Shown here: piece by piece, positions 10,653 through 23,213 of the stretch
Numbering within the stretch: the stretch's first letter is position 1
Layout of the letters: every line of letters starts with the position of its first letter
Notes under the pieces: generated by a model
Seen by the model: only the letters and a program-made list of their open reading frames with translations
Told to the model about the DNA's origin: nothing
The model's database searches: none
Source: TPA_inf: Saccharomyces
Lineage: Eukaryota
Length of the DNA stretch: 64,000 nt
NCBI GenBank assembly: GCA_000146045.2
Contig: BK006945.2
Location: 512,001-576,000, forward strand
Direction of reading: 5' to 3'
Made by a program: the position numbers and the translations under genes

Positions 10653-11288
10653 ATAGACAAAAATGGGTAGTATGTAGTAGGACATTGAGAATAAAACTGT
10701 GAACCTGTTATTGACGACCGTGGAGAAATGTTATGATTATCTGAAGAGAAATATCGGAACGCATGCACACCAAATTTATACTTAGCAAGACTGGACGATA
10801 CGAGACTGGTATACTTGTATGAAGACAGAATAGTGAACGAAAGACATGCGCATGACAACAAATTTACCGTATAGAAGAAATATTCTGCTTGTATGCCTGA
10901 GGGAACTCGAAAGGATCAATTTCAATGGCGTTGTAACAGTCACGAAAAAAGTGTAACTATAAGATAAAGCAAATTGTACTAACAAACTTAACCAAATTGC
11001 ACAACAATTTGATTTTCTTTTTAAATAGAGGGTACTCCTTCATTCGGTAAACGTCACAACAAGTCCCACACTTTGTGTAACAGATGTGGTCGTCGTTCTT
11101 TCCATGTTCAAAAGAAGACCTGTTCCTCCTGTGGTTATCCAGCTGCTAAGACCAGATCTTACAACTGGGGTGCCAAGGCTAAGAGAAGACACACTACTGG
11201 TACTGGTAGAATGAGATACTTGAAACACGTTTCAAGAAGATTCAAGAACGGTTTCCAAACCGGCTCTGCTTCTAAGGCTTCTGCTTAA
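10653..11288 (+). CDS. RPL37A: Ribosomal protein L37 (eL37), spliced: exon 1 10653..10659, exon 2 11029..11288
   Basis: Exon 2 encodes ...[66 protein letters not shown]... (C4 zinc ribbon), open from 11029. Exon 1 is ATGGGTA at 10653-10659, immediately followed by GTATGT. TACTAAC at 10977-10983. Acceptor TAG at 11026-11028. Joined, it reads [13 protein letters not shown]... (88 aa). The track ORF 11073..11288 begins at an internal TTG. Confidence 0.88.
10660..11028 (+). other. RPL37A: RPL37A intron (369 nt) with GTATGT donor, TACTAAC branch point and TAG acceptor
   Basis: Consensus splice signals read directly from the sequence. Confidence 0.85.
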
Positions 11289-11631
11289 TTTTTATACTAA
11301 GATCTATTTCTTTAAATGAAAACTCAATAATTAGAGACCTTATATAATAACCAACTGCAAAAAAACTTCTAAACAATTAGTTAACAAATCTCCAGCCTTT
11401 TTTTAATATATCTTTATTCATATGTAACGCCTTTGAGTGCTTACGGGAAAAGTAGAATTGATAGTTTCGTAATTCATGACCGGAAAAAGTGAAAAATTAT
11501 TGTTCGATGAATATATACAGAGATGTCTTGAACTGTTTTTGCCAGCATCATTCGTTATAGGGAGCAAAGTTAGTGCAACCCAGTTACCAGATATCTAGTC
11601 ACCAAGAAGAAAACCCGTAAAATCGTAGGTC

Positions 11632-12390
11632 ATGGTCGAAGATTCCAGAGTTAGAGACGCCCTCAAAGGTGGTGATCAGAAGGCATTACCGGCCTCTTTG
11701 GTTCCTCAAGCACCTCCTGTCTTGACATCAAAGGATAAGATTACTAAGCGGATGATTGTGGTATTAGCGATGGCATCCCTCGAGACACACAAGATATCGT
11801 CCAACGGGCCTGGTGGTGACAAATATGTCCTTTTGAACTGTGACGACCATCAAGGTTTATTAAAAAAAATGGGTAGAGACATTAGTGAAGCAAGACCTGA
11901 TATTACCCACCAATGTCTTTTGACGTTGCTAGATTCTCCAATCAACAAAGCCGGAAAGCTGCAGGTCTATATTCAAACAAGTCGAGGAATTCTGATCGAG
12001 GTTAACCCCACTGTTCGTATACCAAGAACTTTCAAAAGATTTTCAGGTTTAATGGTTCAGTTACTACATAAGCTTTCTATCAGATCGGTAAATTCTGAAG
12101 AAAAGTTACTTAAAGTCATTAAGAACCCAATTACCGATCACCTACCTACTAAGTGCCGTAAGGTGACATTATCCTTTGACGCACCAGTTATCCGCGTTCA
12201 AGATTACATCGAAAAACTAGACGATGATGAAAGTATATGTGTCTTTGTTGGTGCCATGGCAAGAGGTAAAGATAACTTTGCGGATGAATACGTCGACGAA
12301 AAAGTCGGCTTGTCCAATTACCCATTGTCTGCCTCAGTTGCATGTTCTAAATTTTGCCATGGCGCTGAAGATGCTTGGAATATTTTATAG
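11632..12390 (+). CDS. EMG1: Emg1/Nep1, SPOUT-class 18S rRNA pseudouridine-N1 methyltransferase
   Basis: 252 aa. Starts [26 protein letters not shown] at 11632. Confidence 0.92.
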
Positions 12391-12864
12391 TGTTTAAGTC
12401 TACTTGGCATCCTCTTTGTATAATAAACAGTCAATATACGATATAGAAACAATCGAGTTAGCGATTAATTCGACTGCACCTCTATCCTTCCCCCACGCGA
12501 AATAATGGTTCGGAAGTCATCTGAACGAGGCTCAGTCTTTGAATATTTCACCTAATTCGGACCCTGAACGGTGAACAAAATTTCAATATGATATAAACAA
12601 AACGTGGAAGAACTCTTGGCAAAGACAAAGGATAAAGAGCTCGTTGGAAAAGTTTTTTTACAACTGCAAACGGCACTTAATATTGCTAATTAACTTGCCA
12701 GTATCATTTCCCTAGCGCCTTGCCGATTTGGTCTTTTTGGCACTGTTTATTCTTACTAAACGATATTCGTAAAACGGAAATCAAAGAAAACCAAAATTGA
12801 AGTCCCAAAGCGTGGCAATAAAAGAACAAGTAACTGCAAGAACACCAAGAAGCTACAGTAAGAA

Positions 12865-15800
12865 ATGAAAAGGATTTTCTCTGGTGTGAAGTCCCCAAAG
12901 TTATCTGCTCCCCCAAAAGTTTTCAAAAATGATGAGAGCCCATCCACTCCGAGCTCTCCCAAATTCGACCAAGGGCTTCGAAGTTTATCAGCATCAGCTT
13001 CAAGACTCTTCAGTAACTCAATATCCACTCCTGGGAGCCCTACGTTAGATCTTCCGCAAGAACACTCTATTAATGGTGATATCTCACCAGAACTAGTACC
13101 AATCGTTACTTTACTCTCTGCACAGGCTCATAGGAGATACCATTATGGTATATTCTTGATATTACATGATTTGAAGACAGACGGAACACCTGCCGCGCGT
13201 CAGTGGGAAGAATGCTATGGTGTGTTGCTAGGAACTCAGCTGGCTTTATGGGATGCAAAAGAATTATCAGATTCCAAGAATAATAAGAACACATCAACCA
13301 TGAAAAAAGCCGCATCGAGACCTTCTTTTATCAATTTTACAGATGCTTCTGTGAGGAGTTTGGACGCTAATGATCAGGTAATCATTGCATCAGAGAACGA
13401 AAAGACAAAGAAAGATCTAGACAATGTTCTTGTTGTTTCAACAACTTTAAAAAACAGGTATTTCTTAAAATTCAAAAATTCAAAATCATTCAAAACTTGG
13501 AACGCAGCAATTAGGCTTAGTTTGTTCGAGTTTACGGCGTTGCAAGAGGCCTACACGGGCTCATTTTTGTCAAGCAGAGGTGTTAAACTTGGTGATATCA
13601 AAGTTGTTATGGCAGATACAAAATTCACTTATGAGGACTGGGTTAGCGTAAGATTCGGGACAGGTATGCCATGGAAACGTTGTTATGCTGTTATTTCTCC
13701 ACAGTCTGGCAAAAAAAAGAAAAATTCGAAAGGTTCAATATGTTTCTATGAAAATAACAAAAAAACCAAAAAATCAAACATAATGACAACGGTAGTAGAT
13801 GCACGGGCTTTATATGCCGTTTATCCTTCCTCGCCGATATTAATCGACACATCTACAATCATAAAATTGGAAGGTTTTGTCTCTTTTGACAAAAGTGAGG
13901 AACCTCAAGAAACCAACCTATTTATCATGCCTGAAAAGCATCAAGGTGTTCCGGGATATGACACTATTATTCGCTTCTTAATCCCAGCTATGAACGCGTT
14001 CTACTTATATGGTAGGCCAAAGGGTTTGATTGCCAACAGAACTGACCCAGACTCCCTGCTGTTTGCCTTACCCACTCTTCCGCATATATATTATTTGCAG
14101 GTGGATGACGTTTTATCATTAACAAAAGACAAAAATTACATACATTGGAGTGCTGCTGATTGGAGGAATAACATTGTTCAAGTATTACAGAAAAAATTAA
14201 GTAAGGGCTATAAAGGCTGTGGTAATAAAACTGTATCAGTTTCATCTGGGATGATGAAGTCGCCGGCAATTAGTTCAGCTGAATTATTTGAAGGGTACGA
14301 TTCTCTCCCTGAAAGACAAATGGAAAGTCCGCAAAAATCTAAGATGAAGTCTCCTACATTAGCATCGACCGATGATATTAATTCCGCTTCTGCTTCCGTA
14401 AACTCACATGCTACCTCAGTAAAACAAACTGAATTATTTGTGACTGATAATTCTTCAAAAATCAATGACTCTGTGTCGGCGCAGTCCAGTGTCACTACTA
14501 ACTTCAAAGATACTTTTACCACCCCAATGACATCAGGAATGCTCAACCATGAAAATTCAGAGAGAAGCTTTGGTTCAGGATTAAAACTCAAAATCACTGA
14601 TTCAAATTTGGAAAATATGGAAGACGTTGAAGCGAAATCTGCTAACGAATTCTCTACGACACCAGAAGACAAACATATTCACCTCGCCAATGCAGCCGAA
14701 TTATCCGCCCTTTACGACAAATATTCCACATCTCCGTTTGGTAAATCGGAGGCTAATTCAAGCCCTAAACCTCAAAAATTGGAAGTTAAAGATCGGTCAA
14801 AAAATGAAAACAGAAGCCCCTATGAGAGATACGTAGGTACATCCGCTGAAAGCAAGACATTTGAAATAGGTAACGTCAGAGAGTCGAAAAGTACGATAAA
14901 TACTTCCCTTTCTTCGCCTTTGAGGGTAGAAGATAGTAGACGTTCAAAAAATGAGGACCTGGGATCTTTGAAAGAGTTTGAAGAGTTATCTCAAAAGATT
15001 AGCAATATGGGAATGGCAAATATTTCTTCAGAAGCTTTAAGTGACACAGCAGAAAACAGTTCTTTTGTTACGGACCTGAACTTGAATATCAATAACAGTT
15101 CATCGGTCAATCTCAATGAAGAACAACGTGTGCCGGATTTTGGGGAGGAAAACGTATTTGATCCAGATTATATGGAACAAAACCAAATGTTGGAAACAGA
15201 AAGTAGGTACACTACGGATGAGTTTGACTTTTCAGATAATCAGGATGCAGCATCCAGTAATTATAGCAATGGGCAAACCAACCGAACAGTAACTGAAACC
15301 CTTTCTGCCAGTGACAGAAATGACAAGATCCCACATTCTTCTTTATTTACAAACTTAAACCAGCTTACTTCGAATGGAGGAAACTATCAGGATAGGGAAG
15401 ATTTCTCTGGTGATCAAATAAACAAACCTCAACAATCTCAACCACTTCATGTGAAAGGACCACAAACTTCGTCATTTGGTTACAGAAATTCTTCAGCCAA
15501 TAGCTCGCAGCCTCAAGCACCATACCCGGTTGGTCGCCCGTTAGGTAAGATAAGAACGGGTCCGCTGACCGTCCAGCCTATGCAACAAGGTGGAAACTCA
15601 TCAATGTATTCTTTCCAATCTTCGCAACATCGGTTTCATTCGTCGCAACAGCGCCAAAACCAATCACTTTCCTTCAGAAACAATACCTATGGAAGTGGTA
15701 ACAATCAAAATACATTCCATCCATCGCCGCAACTGCAACAACAGCCTCAAAATATGAGATATTTGAATAATAAGTTACCAATAAATGATAGATCTCCAAT

Positions 15801-15945
15801 ACCGCAAACACAGCACCATGTACCAGATGGCCGTCCCAGCCTCCATATAAATACCACTAACCGCACAAATCCGCTTACTGCACAAAGTGGATTTTCTCAA
15901 TTTATGCCTCCCAATAGCACATCAACCAACCCATATTCCAGCTGA
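12865..15945 (+). CDS. SKG3: Skg3, PH-domain protein (CAF120 paralog) with a Q/N/S-rich C-terminal half
   Basis: 1026 aa. Starts [34 protein letters not shown] at 12865. Confidence 0.88.
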
Positions 15946-16299
15946 TTCATTTATATTTCATCTTTTCTTTTTTTTTTTTTTACAATTCAGTAGTTTTATA
16001 TAACTTCCCATAAATGTATTATTTTTTTAATACGACTATAATATACCTCTATACCCTTATTTATCTCTTTACCTTTGCTTTTAAGCTAAACAAATCTTCA
16101 TTAACAGGTATTATATTACTGGCGTCGCGTTTCGTTTAGGCGCATCGAGCCGAGACTTCAGAATCACAAATGCTTTGTATATATGTTACGTATTCAGTAT
16201 TGCCCAACATGCAACTAGATTCAACTAAGCAGACGTGGGTACTTACATGAGAAGCAGATCATTGAAATTTTACTAAGTTAAAGAAGAGGAAGGGCTCCA

Positions 16300-18387
16300 A
16301 TGATTGTAAGAATGATACGTCTTTGTAAAGGTCCAAAGTTGTTGCGAAGTCAATTCGCATCAGCAAGTGCACTATATTCAACCAAGTCATTGTTCAAACC
16401 TCCCATGTACCAAAAAGCGGAAATTAATTTGATTATTCCACATAGAAAGCACTTTTTGTTGCGGTCGATTCGATTACAATCAGACATTGCGCAAGGAAAG
16501 AAGTCCACCAAGCCCACTTTAAAGTTGTCCAATGCAAATTCAAAATCCTCGGGGTTTAAAGACATTAAACGGCTATTCGTCTTATCTAAACCGGAATCCA
16601 AGTACATTGGTCTTGCCCTCCTTTTAATCCTCATTTCAAGTTCAGTTAGTATGGCTGTACCTTCCGTTATCGGTAAATTATTAGACTTGGCTTCCGAAAG
16701 TGACGGCGAAGATGAAGAGGGCTCAAAAAGCAATAAGTTATATGGTTTTACGAAGAAGCAATTTTTCACAGCATTAGGAGCAGTATTTATAATTGGAGCA
16801 GTTGCTAATGCAAGCAGAATCATCATTTTAAAGGTCACCGGTGAGAGACTGGTCGCAAGATTAAGAACGAGAACAATGAAAGCTGCATTAGATCAAGATG
16901 CCACATTTTTAGATACTAATCGTGTCGGTGATTTGATCTCAAGATTATCATCTGATGCATCTATAGTGGCCAAATCGGTCACACAAAACGTCTCTGATGG
17001 AACAAGGGCAATTATTCAAGGGTTTGTCGGTTTTGGCATGATGAGCTTCCTCTCGTGGAAATTGACTTGCGTAATGATGATTTTAGCCCCTCCTTTAGGT
17101 GCTATGGCACTGATATATGGTAGGAAAATACGAAACCTATCAAGACAGTTACAAACCTCAGTAGGTGGGTTAACAAAAGTGGCAGAAGAGCAATTAAATG
17201 CTACTAGGACAATTCAAGCATATGGTGGTGAAAAAAACGAGGTTCGCCGCTATGCAAAAGAGGTTAGAAATGTATTTCATATTGGTCTGAAGGAAGCGGT
17301 TACTTCCGGTTTATTCTTCGGAAGTACTGGGCTAGTTGGCAACACTGCAATGCTGTCGTTATTATTGGTTGGAACAAGCATGATTCAAAGTGGTTCAATG
17401 ACTGTCGGTGAATTATCTAGTTTCATGATGTATGCCGTGTATACCGGAAGTTCATTATTTGGTTTATCGAGCTTCTATTCAGAACTTATGAAAGGTGCTG
17501 GTGCGGCTGCCAGGGTTTTTGAATTAAATGACCGTAAGCCATTGATTCGTCCGACTATTGGAAAGGATCCTGTGTCATTAGCCCAAAAACCCATCGTTTT
17601 CAAAAACGTGTCATTCACTTATCCCACTCGGCCCAAACACCAGATTTTCAAGGATTTGAATATTACTATCAAGCCTGGTGAACACGTTTGCGCTGTCGGT
17701 CCATCAGGAAGCGGCAAATCAACAATTGCGTCTTTGTTGCTCAGGTACTACGATGTGAACTCAGGATCGATCGAATTTGGTGATGAAGACATCAGAAATT
17801 TCAACTTGAGGAAGTATCGAAGACTAATAGGATACGTGCAACAAGAACCACTACTTTTCAATGGGACTATTCTGGACAATATCCTCTACTGCATTCCGCC
17901 TGAAATTGCGGAGCAGGATGATCGTATTAGACGTGCTATTGGAAAAGCTAATTGCACAAAATTTTTGGCCAATTTTCCAGATGGATTGCAGACTATGGTT
18001 GGTGCTAGAGGCGCGCAATTGTCCGGTGGTCAAAAGCAAAGAATTGCATTAGCTAGAGCGTTTTTACTAGATCCTGCCGTCCTTATTTTAGATGAAGCAA
18101 CCAGTGCCCTTGACTCTCAAAGTGAAGAAATAGTTGCCAAAAATCTTCAGAGACGTGTGGAAAGGGGGTTCACTACTATATCAATTGCACATAGGCTTTC
18201 GACGATCAAACACAGTACTAGGGTGATTGTGTTAGGAAAACATGGCTCAGTGGTTGAAACCGGTTCATTCCGAGATCTAATCGCCATTCCTAATAGTGAA
18301 CTAAATGCGCTGCTTGCCGAACAGCAGGACGAGGAAGGAAAAGGGGGAGTGATAGATTTGGACAATAGTGTTGCCCGGGAAGTATAA
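16300..18387 (+). CDS. MDL1: Mdl1, mitochondrial inner-membrane ABC half-transporter
   Basis: 695 aa. N-terminal presequence. Walker A GPSGSGKST, ABC signature LSGGQKQRIALARA, Walker B ILDEATSALD. ATG at 16300. Confidence 0.93.
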   Translation: MIVRMIRLCKGPKLLRSQFASASALYSTKSLFKPPMYQKAEINLIIPHRKHFLLRSIRLQSDIAQGKKSTKPTLKLSNANSKSSGFKDIKRLFVLSKPESKYIGLALLLILISSSVSMAVPSVIGKLLDLASESDGEDEEGSKSNKLYGFTKKQFFTALGAVFIIGAVANASRIIILKVTGERLVARLRTRTMKAALDQDATFLDTNRVGDLISRLSSDASIVAKSVTQNVSDGTRAIIQGFVGFGMMSFLSWKLTCVMMILAPPLGAMALIYGRKIRNLSRQLQTSVGGLTKVAEEQLNATRTIQAYGGEKNEVRRYAKEVRNVFHIGLKEAVTSGLFFGSTGLVGNTAMLSLLLVGTSMIQSGSMTVGELSSFMMYAVYTGSSLFGLSSFYSELMKGAGAAARVFELNDRKPLIRPTIGKDPVSLAQKPIVFKNVSFTYPTRPKHQIFKDLNITIKPGEHVCAVGPSGSGKSTIASLLLRYYDVNSGSIEFGDEDIRNFNLRKYRRLIGYVQQEPLLFNGTILDNILYCIPPEIAEQDDRIRRAIGKANCTKFLANFPDGLQTMVGARGAQLSGGQKQRIALARAFLLDPAVLILDEATSALDSQSEEIVAKNLQRRVERGFTTISIAHRLSTIKHSTRVIVLGKHGSVVETGSFRDLIAIPNSELNALLAEQQDEEGKGGVIDLDNSVAREV

Positions 18388-18796
18388 GAAGTTGCCGCAG
18401 TATGGAATCACTTTTCTATGCCACAGTTATGGTATGTGTTGGAAGACAATTAATTATCGCATTATGTTTGCTGAATATGAAATTGTGTATTCTATAATTT
18501 AAATGATGCCCAATGTAATTTACACAAACAGTTTTTTTTTAAAGCTCCTTGTACGCCTTTATACACATTAAATTAATATTAGATGCACAACATACGGTAC
18601 GTTTAGGAAACTCAAATTAAGCTTTATTTTTTTACTTTTTTATTATTGTTACTATTATTCTTATTATCAACATTATCGTTTTCATATCTTTCCTGAGTAC
18701 AAATATGACTGAAACTTACAAAAAAAAAATTAATTATTTATTACTATTAATGATTAGATGTTACGCTTTTTTATAAAAGTGAGAGTGATACTCGGT

Positions 18797-21700
18797 TTAA
18801 ATCATCGTCCACCCTTCATCCGTTGTTTCAGCAGGTGTCAGTTTGGTTGCATCTACATTTTCCTCTTTCTTGCGCGGAGTTTTCACTCTTGATAAAGTAA
18901 CGCTTCTTGCATACTCAAGTTCGTTGTAAATTGCACTTATTGCAGTTTTAATCCCATCTTCTTTGGAAATTTTCTTCTTTATTAATCCAGCTCTATCCTT
19001 CATTATTTTGTTCGTCGTAGCTACTTTTAAAGCATCTGCTAATGTTTGAGCGTTAAGTTTCTTTAAAGCAATACCAACTCCAATGTCTTCTACTCTACCT
19101 GCATAAAAGAACTGATCACCAAAGAAAGGTTTTATAACAGTAGGTAAACCAGCACGTAATGAAGCTCCAGTAGTTCCAGAACCACCATGGTGAACGGCAG
19201 CATCGACTTGTGGGAACAACCAATCATGGGGAACGTTTCCGATATTTAAAATGTTTCTTGGAAGATCTACCTCTGTCTTCTTTGCCGCCTTATCGCCCAA
19301 CCTTTCTGACCATCCCTTATTTAAAATGCAGTATACATCTGCTTCCATAACTGCTTCGACAAGAGCTTCCGTCATTTCTTTGGCATTAGAGACTACAATC
19401 GAACCAAACCCGATATAAACCAATTTTTTTCCTTTTGATCTTGCCTCAGAAATAAATTCTTGTAATTCTGCTGGCGGTTTGAAAGTACTCTTATCATCAA
19501 GAAACCAATATCCTGTAACTCTCACCCACTCGCTAAAATCAATTGATGGCGGAAAAATTGTAGGAGAAACATTGTATAAGAAAGGAACATTATTCTGCTG
19601 TAAAAGAAAAAGATTTGTTTTCCCTAAACCTAGAGTTTCAACTCTCCACTTGTTTACTTGCCCACTAATTCCCTTCCAGAAAACGTTTTCGAAAAGGACA
19701 TGTGTCAGGTAGTTATAGTTACCGCCCCTTTTTTGATCTGGTACAATAAATGCATGTGGATATGCTCTTGTTCTTGTCCATGGCATGGTAAATGCTCGAA
19801 AATAAGGAATTTGCAATGCTTCAGTAATATGAATACCAACCATAGCTGAGGGTGATTCAATCAGAATATCAAATTTTCTTCTGTTACAAACCTCCCAAGA
19901 TGTCTGTAAAAGAGCATCGATCCATCCCCTAAATTTGCTCGAAGCTTCTCTCAGCATTTTAACATTCATTGATTCATTTTCCACCATCAAGGACATCAAC
20001 TCCACTGGGTTACCAGCAATCTCTTCAAACTGGATTCCATGACTTTCAACAAAGTCTCTAAATTCCGAATGTGTAATTATTACCACTTGGTGACCTTCTT
20101 TTATCAAGCCCTTTCCAAGTGCAATATATGGTTGAACATCCCCTCTTGAGCCAATCGTCAATAATCCAAACTTATAACTCTTGTTTGGTTTTATGCTTGT
20201 TTTATAGTGCGGATTCTCATCAATCATTAACGGTACCTCAAAGCCCTCGGCATTAATTTTATCTTCGAAAAGCTTCAACTTCGCTGAGTCAGGGTTATGC
20301 TGAACATCGCCAAGAGAAGCACTCGATATATTCGATCCTTCTGCACTGCTTGCATATATGTTATCTAAGAGCTTTAAAAGAATGCGTTCAATATCATCCC
20401 TGGCGACCTCAGTGCTAAATTCAAAAAATAGCTCCTCGTGACCGTGAATTACTATAACCAATACAAAATAACCAAATCGAAATCCCTTTTCTTTATAGCA
20501 TGTCTCCACATCAACCAATGGCAAAACCATGTATGTATTAGACCCTGGTAATAACGATCTGAAGCACACCGTATCATTGGATACGTAAATCTTACCATAA
20601 ACGGGAACATTTCTATTCAGGTATGTGTAGTAAGTACTGATTAGTGACTTCTCTTTATTAAACTTGAAATGGTACCTGAACCGCTCGTTAGCAGAAACCT
20701 CTTCTGTTTCTTTAATCAAATAGGTATCATCCTTTTGAAACGGGATAAACTTGTTCCGGTAGTGTATTGGTTTGGCAGCCCACATTTCGGCAAAATTTTT
20801 GAGGTGACTTGGCTTCCAAGCTACGGTTTGCTCTTGACTATCTTCTTGTTCATGAATATGAATCGTGGAATGCACAGAAGAGTCTATATCATTCGCCGCA
20901 TCTTTATATATTTCCTCCACATCCTCAACTTGAGAATCTTCAAGAGGTTTAGCTCTACGAAACCAACTATTGCTTCTTTCTCTAAATCTGAATCGACTCT
21001 TTTTCCCATTTTCCGAAGAAGGCACAGCCGAAGTTGGAACATTCAAATATTTTGAATCCTCGCCGTTATTCTTTTGCTCAACTGTAGCTGGTGTCTCTTT
21101 TCCAAAACTTGATTTTGATTTCTTGGCTGGAATATCATAATAAAGTGTATTAACACCGGATTTCTGCAATATAGCCAACTGTTCGCCAAGGCTCTCTTTG
21201 ACCTGACTACCGGACCCATCCATGAAAACAAACATGAAATCATCGATAGCATAGGTCTGTGAGCTCTCCAAAGCTCTTAATCTCAATGTTAAAGCTTTGT
21301 TGACTATAGGTTGATCATCTATCTCTATAATGTTGGGCAGCGGAATTTTTAAACTTATCGAATTGTTTTCAGAATTCTGAGCTGCGAACTGCTCCTTTTT
21401 CAAAGCGTTCACCCACGATTTAGCGGAGAACTCTGAATCTGCATTGAATTTGAATGTACTTTCATCTGTGTAAAGCTTAAATGTTTTCGTAGCACTCCCG
21501 TTTAAGGTATGTTTTTGTGTTTCAATTTTTTGGACCTCCCTCAAATCTATGGTTAAAACCGGAAAGTATAGCTCAGTTGATGAGGTATACATAGAAAATA
21601 AATGATTCTTTAGTACGCACCAATACCTGGTAGACCTAATTAGTTTTGTCCTGATATTAAGGTTTCCAGACATTTTAACCGACCGAGGATTCTTAGGTAA

Positions 21701-22393
21701 ATATGCAAAGAATAGGAAATGTTTTGTTGTAATAAAAATATGGCCTTGAACCAACACATCTTTAAGTAGCCATGCAGGGAAATCATTCAAAAATGGTTCC
21801 TGTTCGTCTAAACAAAACCGCTGTCTCAACTTAGCCACATTGTCTTTTGACAGTTTTTCCCTAGTTATTGAGAAGTCGAATAAAGTTGGCTTTCTTTTGT
21901 CTAATCTTGGTACTTCCGGATGCGATTTAGTTTTGAGATTTTCCTTTTTGCTTTTTACCTCATTTCGACCAATGTTTTCCTGGAAACTATCACTGGAATC
22001 AGATTCTTCAGAATCAACTTGCGACAACACATTCATTTCTTGAGCATTATTCATCCCTGCATACACACTAGCAGTAGTTAATAAACCGGCAATACTTTTC
22101 ATCATATACTTGGATTTCGCCAAGTCATCTGCATTATCGTTATTGTAACCGTTTTCGTCATCATCACTACGGGCTTCATTTGGACTGTCCTGCAGTTCTT
22201 GCTGCTCAGACGACCCCATCGATAAACTGCTATTTGATCTTCCTCTCCAGCGCTTGAACTTCGAAAGTGACCTTGAAAGGCGATGATGCCTAGGGGAAGT
22301 TTCTGGCTCAGATGGCTTATCAGGTACCAACGAAATGCTTGGTTTTGGCCCCGCCTCGCTATCAGACGCTGATATGATTTGAGTGATGGGCAT
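18797..22393 (-). CDS. ATG26: Atg26, UDP-glucose:sterol glucosyltransferase (GRAM/PH domains plus C-terminal GT domain)
   Basis: 1198 aa. Starts [20 protein letters not shown]-terminal glycosyltransferase region with [22 protein letters not shown] confirmed (CAT at 22391-22393). Confidence 0.92.
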
Positions 22394-22561
22394 TCTTTTA
22401 AGTTATACGGATTTTCACCAAAGCATAAAGTGCAACTGAACTTCTGATGTTTACTTTTTGACAGCCATGACTTTATCAGTGATAAATGCAATGACTTTCC
22501 GATCTACTCCTTCTGTTGACTTTTAGTCCCTTTTTTCTTAGATGTTATGTTACAGTCACAT

Positions 22562-22640
22562 CAGGGTTAAGTTTTTCCAAGTCATCTCAAAACAATGACC
22601 TATTTTATTTCTAGATAAACCCTGGTGTAAGCAGGGTTAA
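22562..22640. promoter_or_regulatory. Three copies of CAGGGTTAA / TAAACCCTG, including the perfect dyad ACCCTG-N7-CAGGGT (22619-22637), in the ATG26/MMR1 divergent promoter
   Basis: cagggttaa at 22562-22570 and 22632-22640. The inverted copy aaaccctgg is at 22617-22625. Confidence 0.35.
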
Positions 22641-23213
22641 TTTTGTCCCAAACGGGCAAAATATAAATACCCCTTTCGGGAAATAAACTAAAAAGAGTTC
22701 TAATTAGCCAATTGGCAAGAAAGCTCGATGAAGAATCATTATGGGTTTAGAAATCAGATTTCCTTACTTTACAAGTTCTCTCACGCAAGCTTGATCGTTT
22801 TTAAATTTTCTACGTTCATTCAAGACAAAGTGGTTACAGATAGAAGTTTTTCTCACATTTAGATTATTTTTTCCTGATAGTATTAAATAACACGTACGAT
22901 CAACAAATTGTTGCTCAGTTTAAGTGAGCCTAGAGAATTAAGCTTTATTACTGCTGTATTTTCTGTTATTTTGATTGCCTTGGGAATAAAGGAAAGGTTT
23001 GGAGGGGCACATCTTCCTAAATAGCAGTAAGGAAAAAGAATCGCGTGTGAAGTCTTTTAAATCAACATAGTTATCCTCGGTTCCAACTATTTTACTTTCG
23101 TTTCAATTCCGTTGTTCTTAACTAATCTTCTTTTCTTTTAACTTGTTACAAGCCAGTACTCATTGCAAAATCAAAAAAAAAAAACACAACTAATAAACTA
23201 AACAACTAAAAAA

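Noticed and set aside
18436-18470. TGTTGGAAGACAATTAAT... resembling the start of a Ty1 delta LTR (TGTTGGAATA...)
   Set aside because: The match does not extend beyond about 9 nt, and no delta-like sequence follows. The window contains no Ty or solo LTR that I can recognise.
14208-21055. Antisense ORFs inside SKG3 (14208..14672), MDL1 (16350..16838), ATG26 (20669..21055), PWP1 (32344..32757, 33068..33493) and SWI6 (6275..6592)
   Set aside because: All are embedded antisense in long, domain-bearing genes. None has a recognisable fold or signal.
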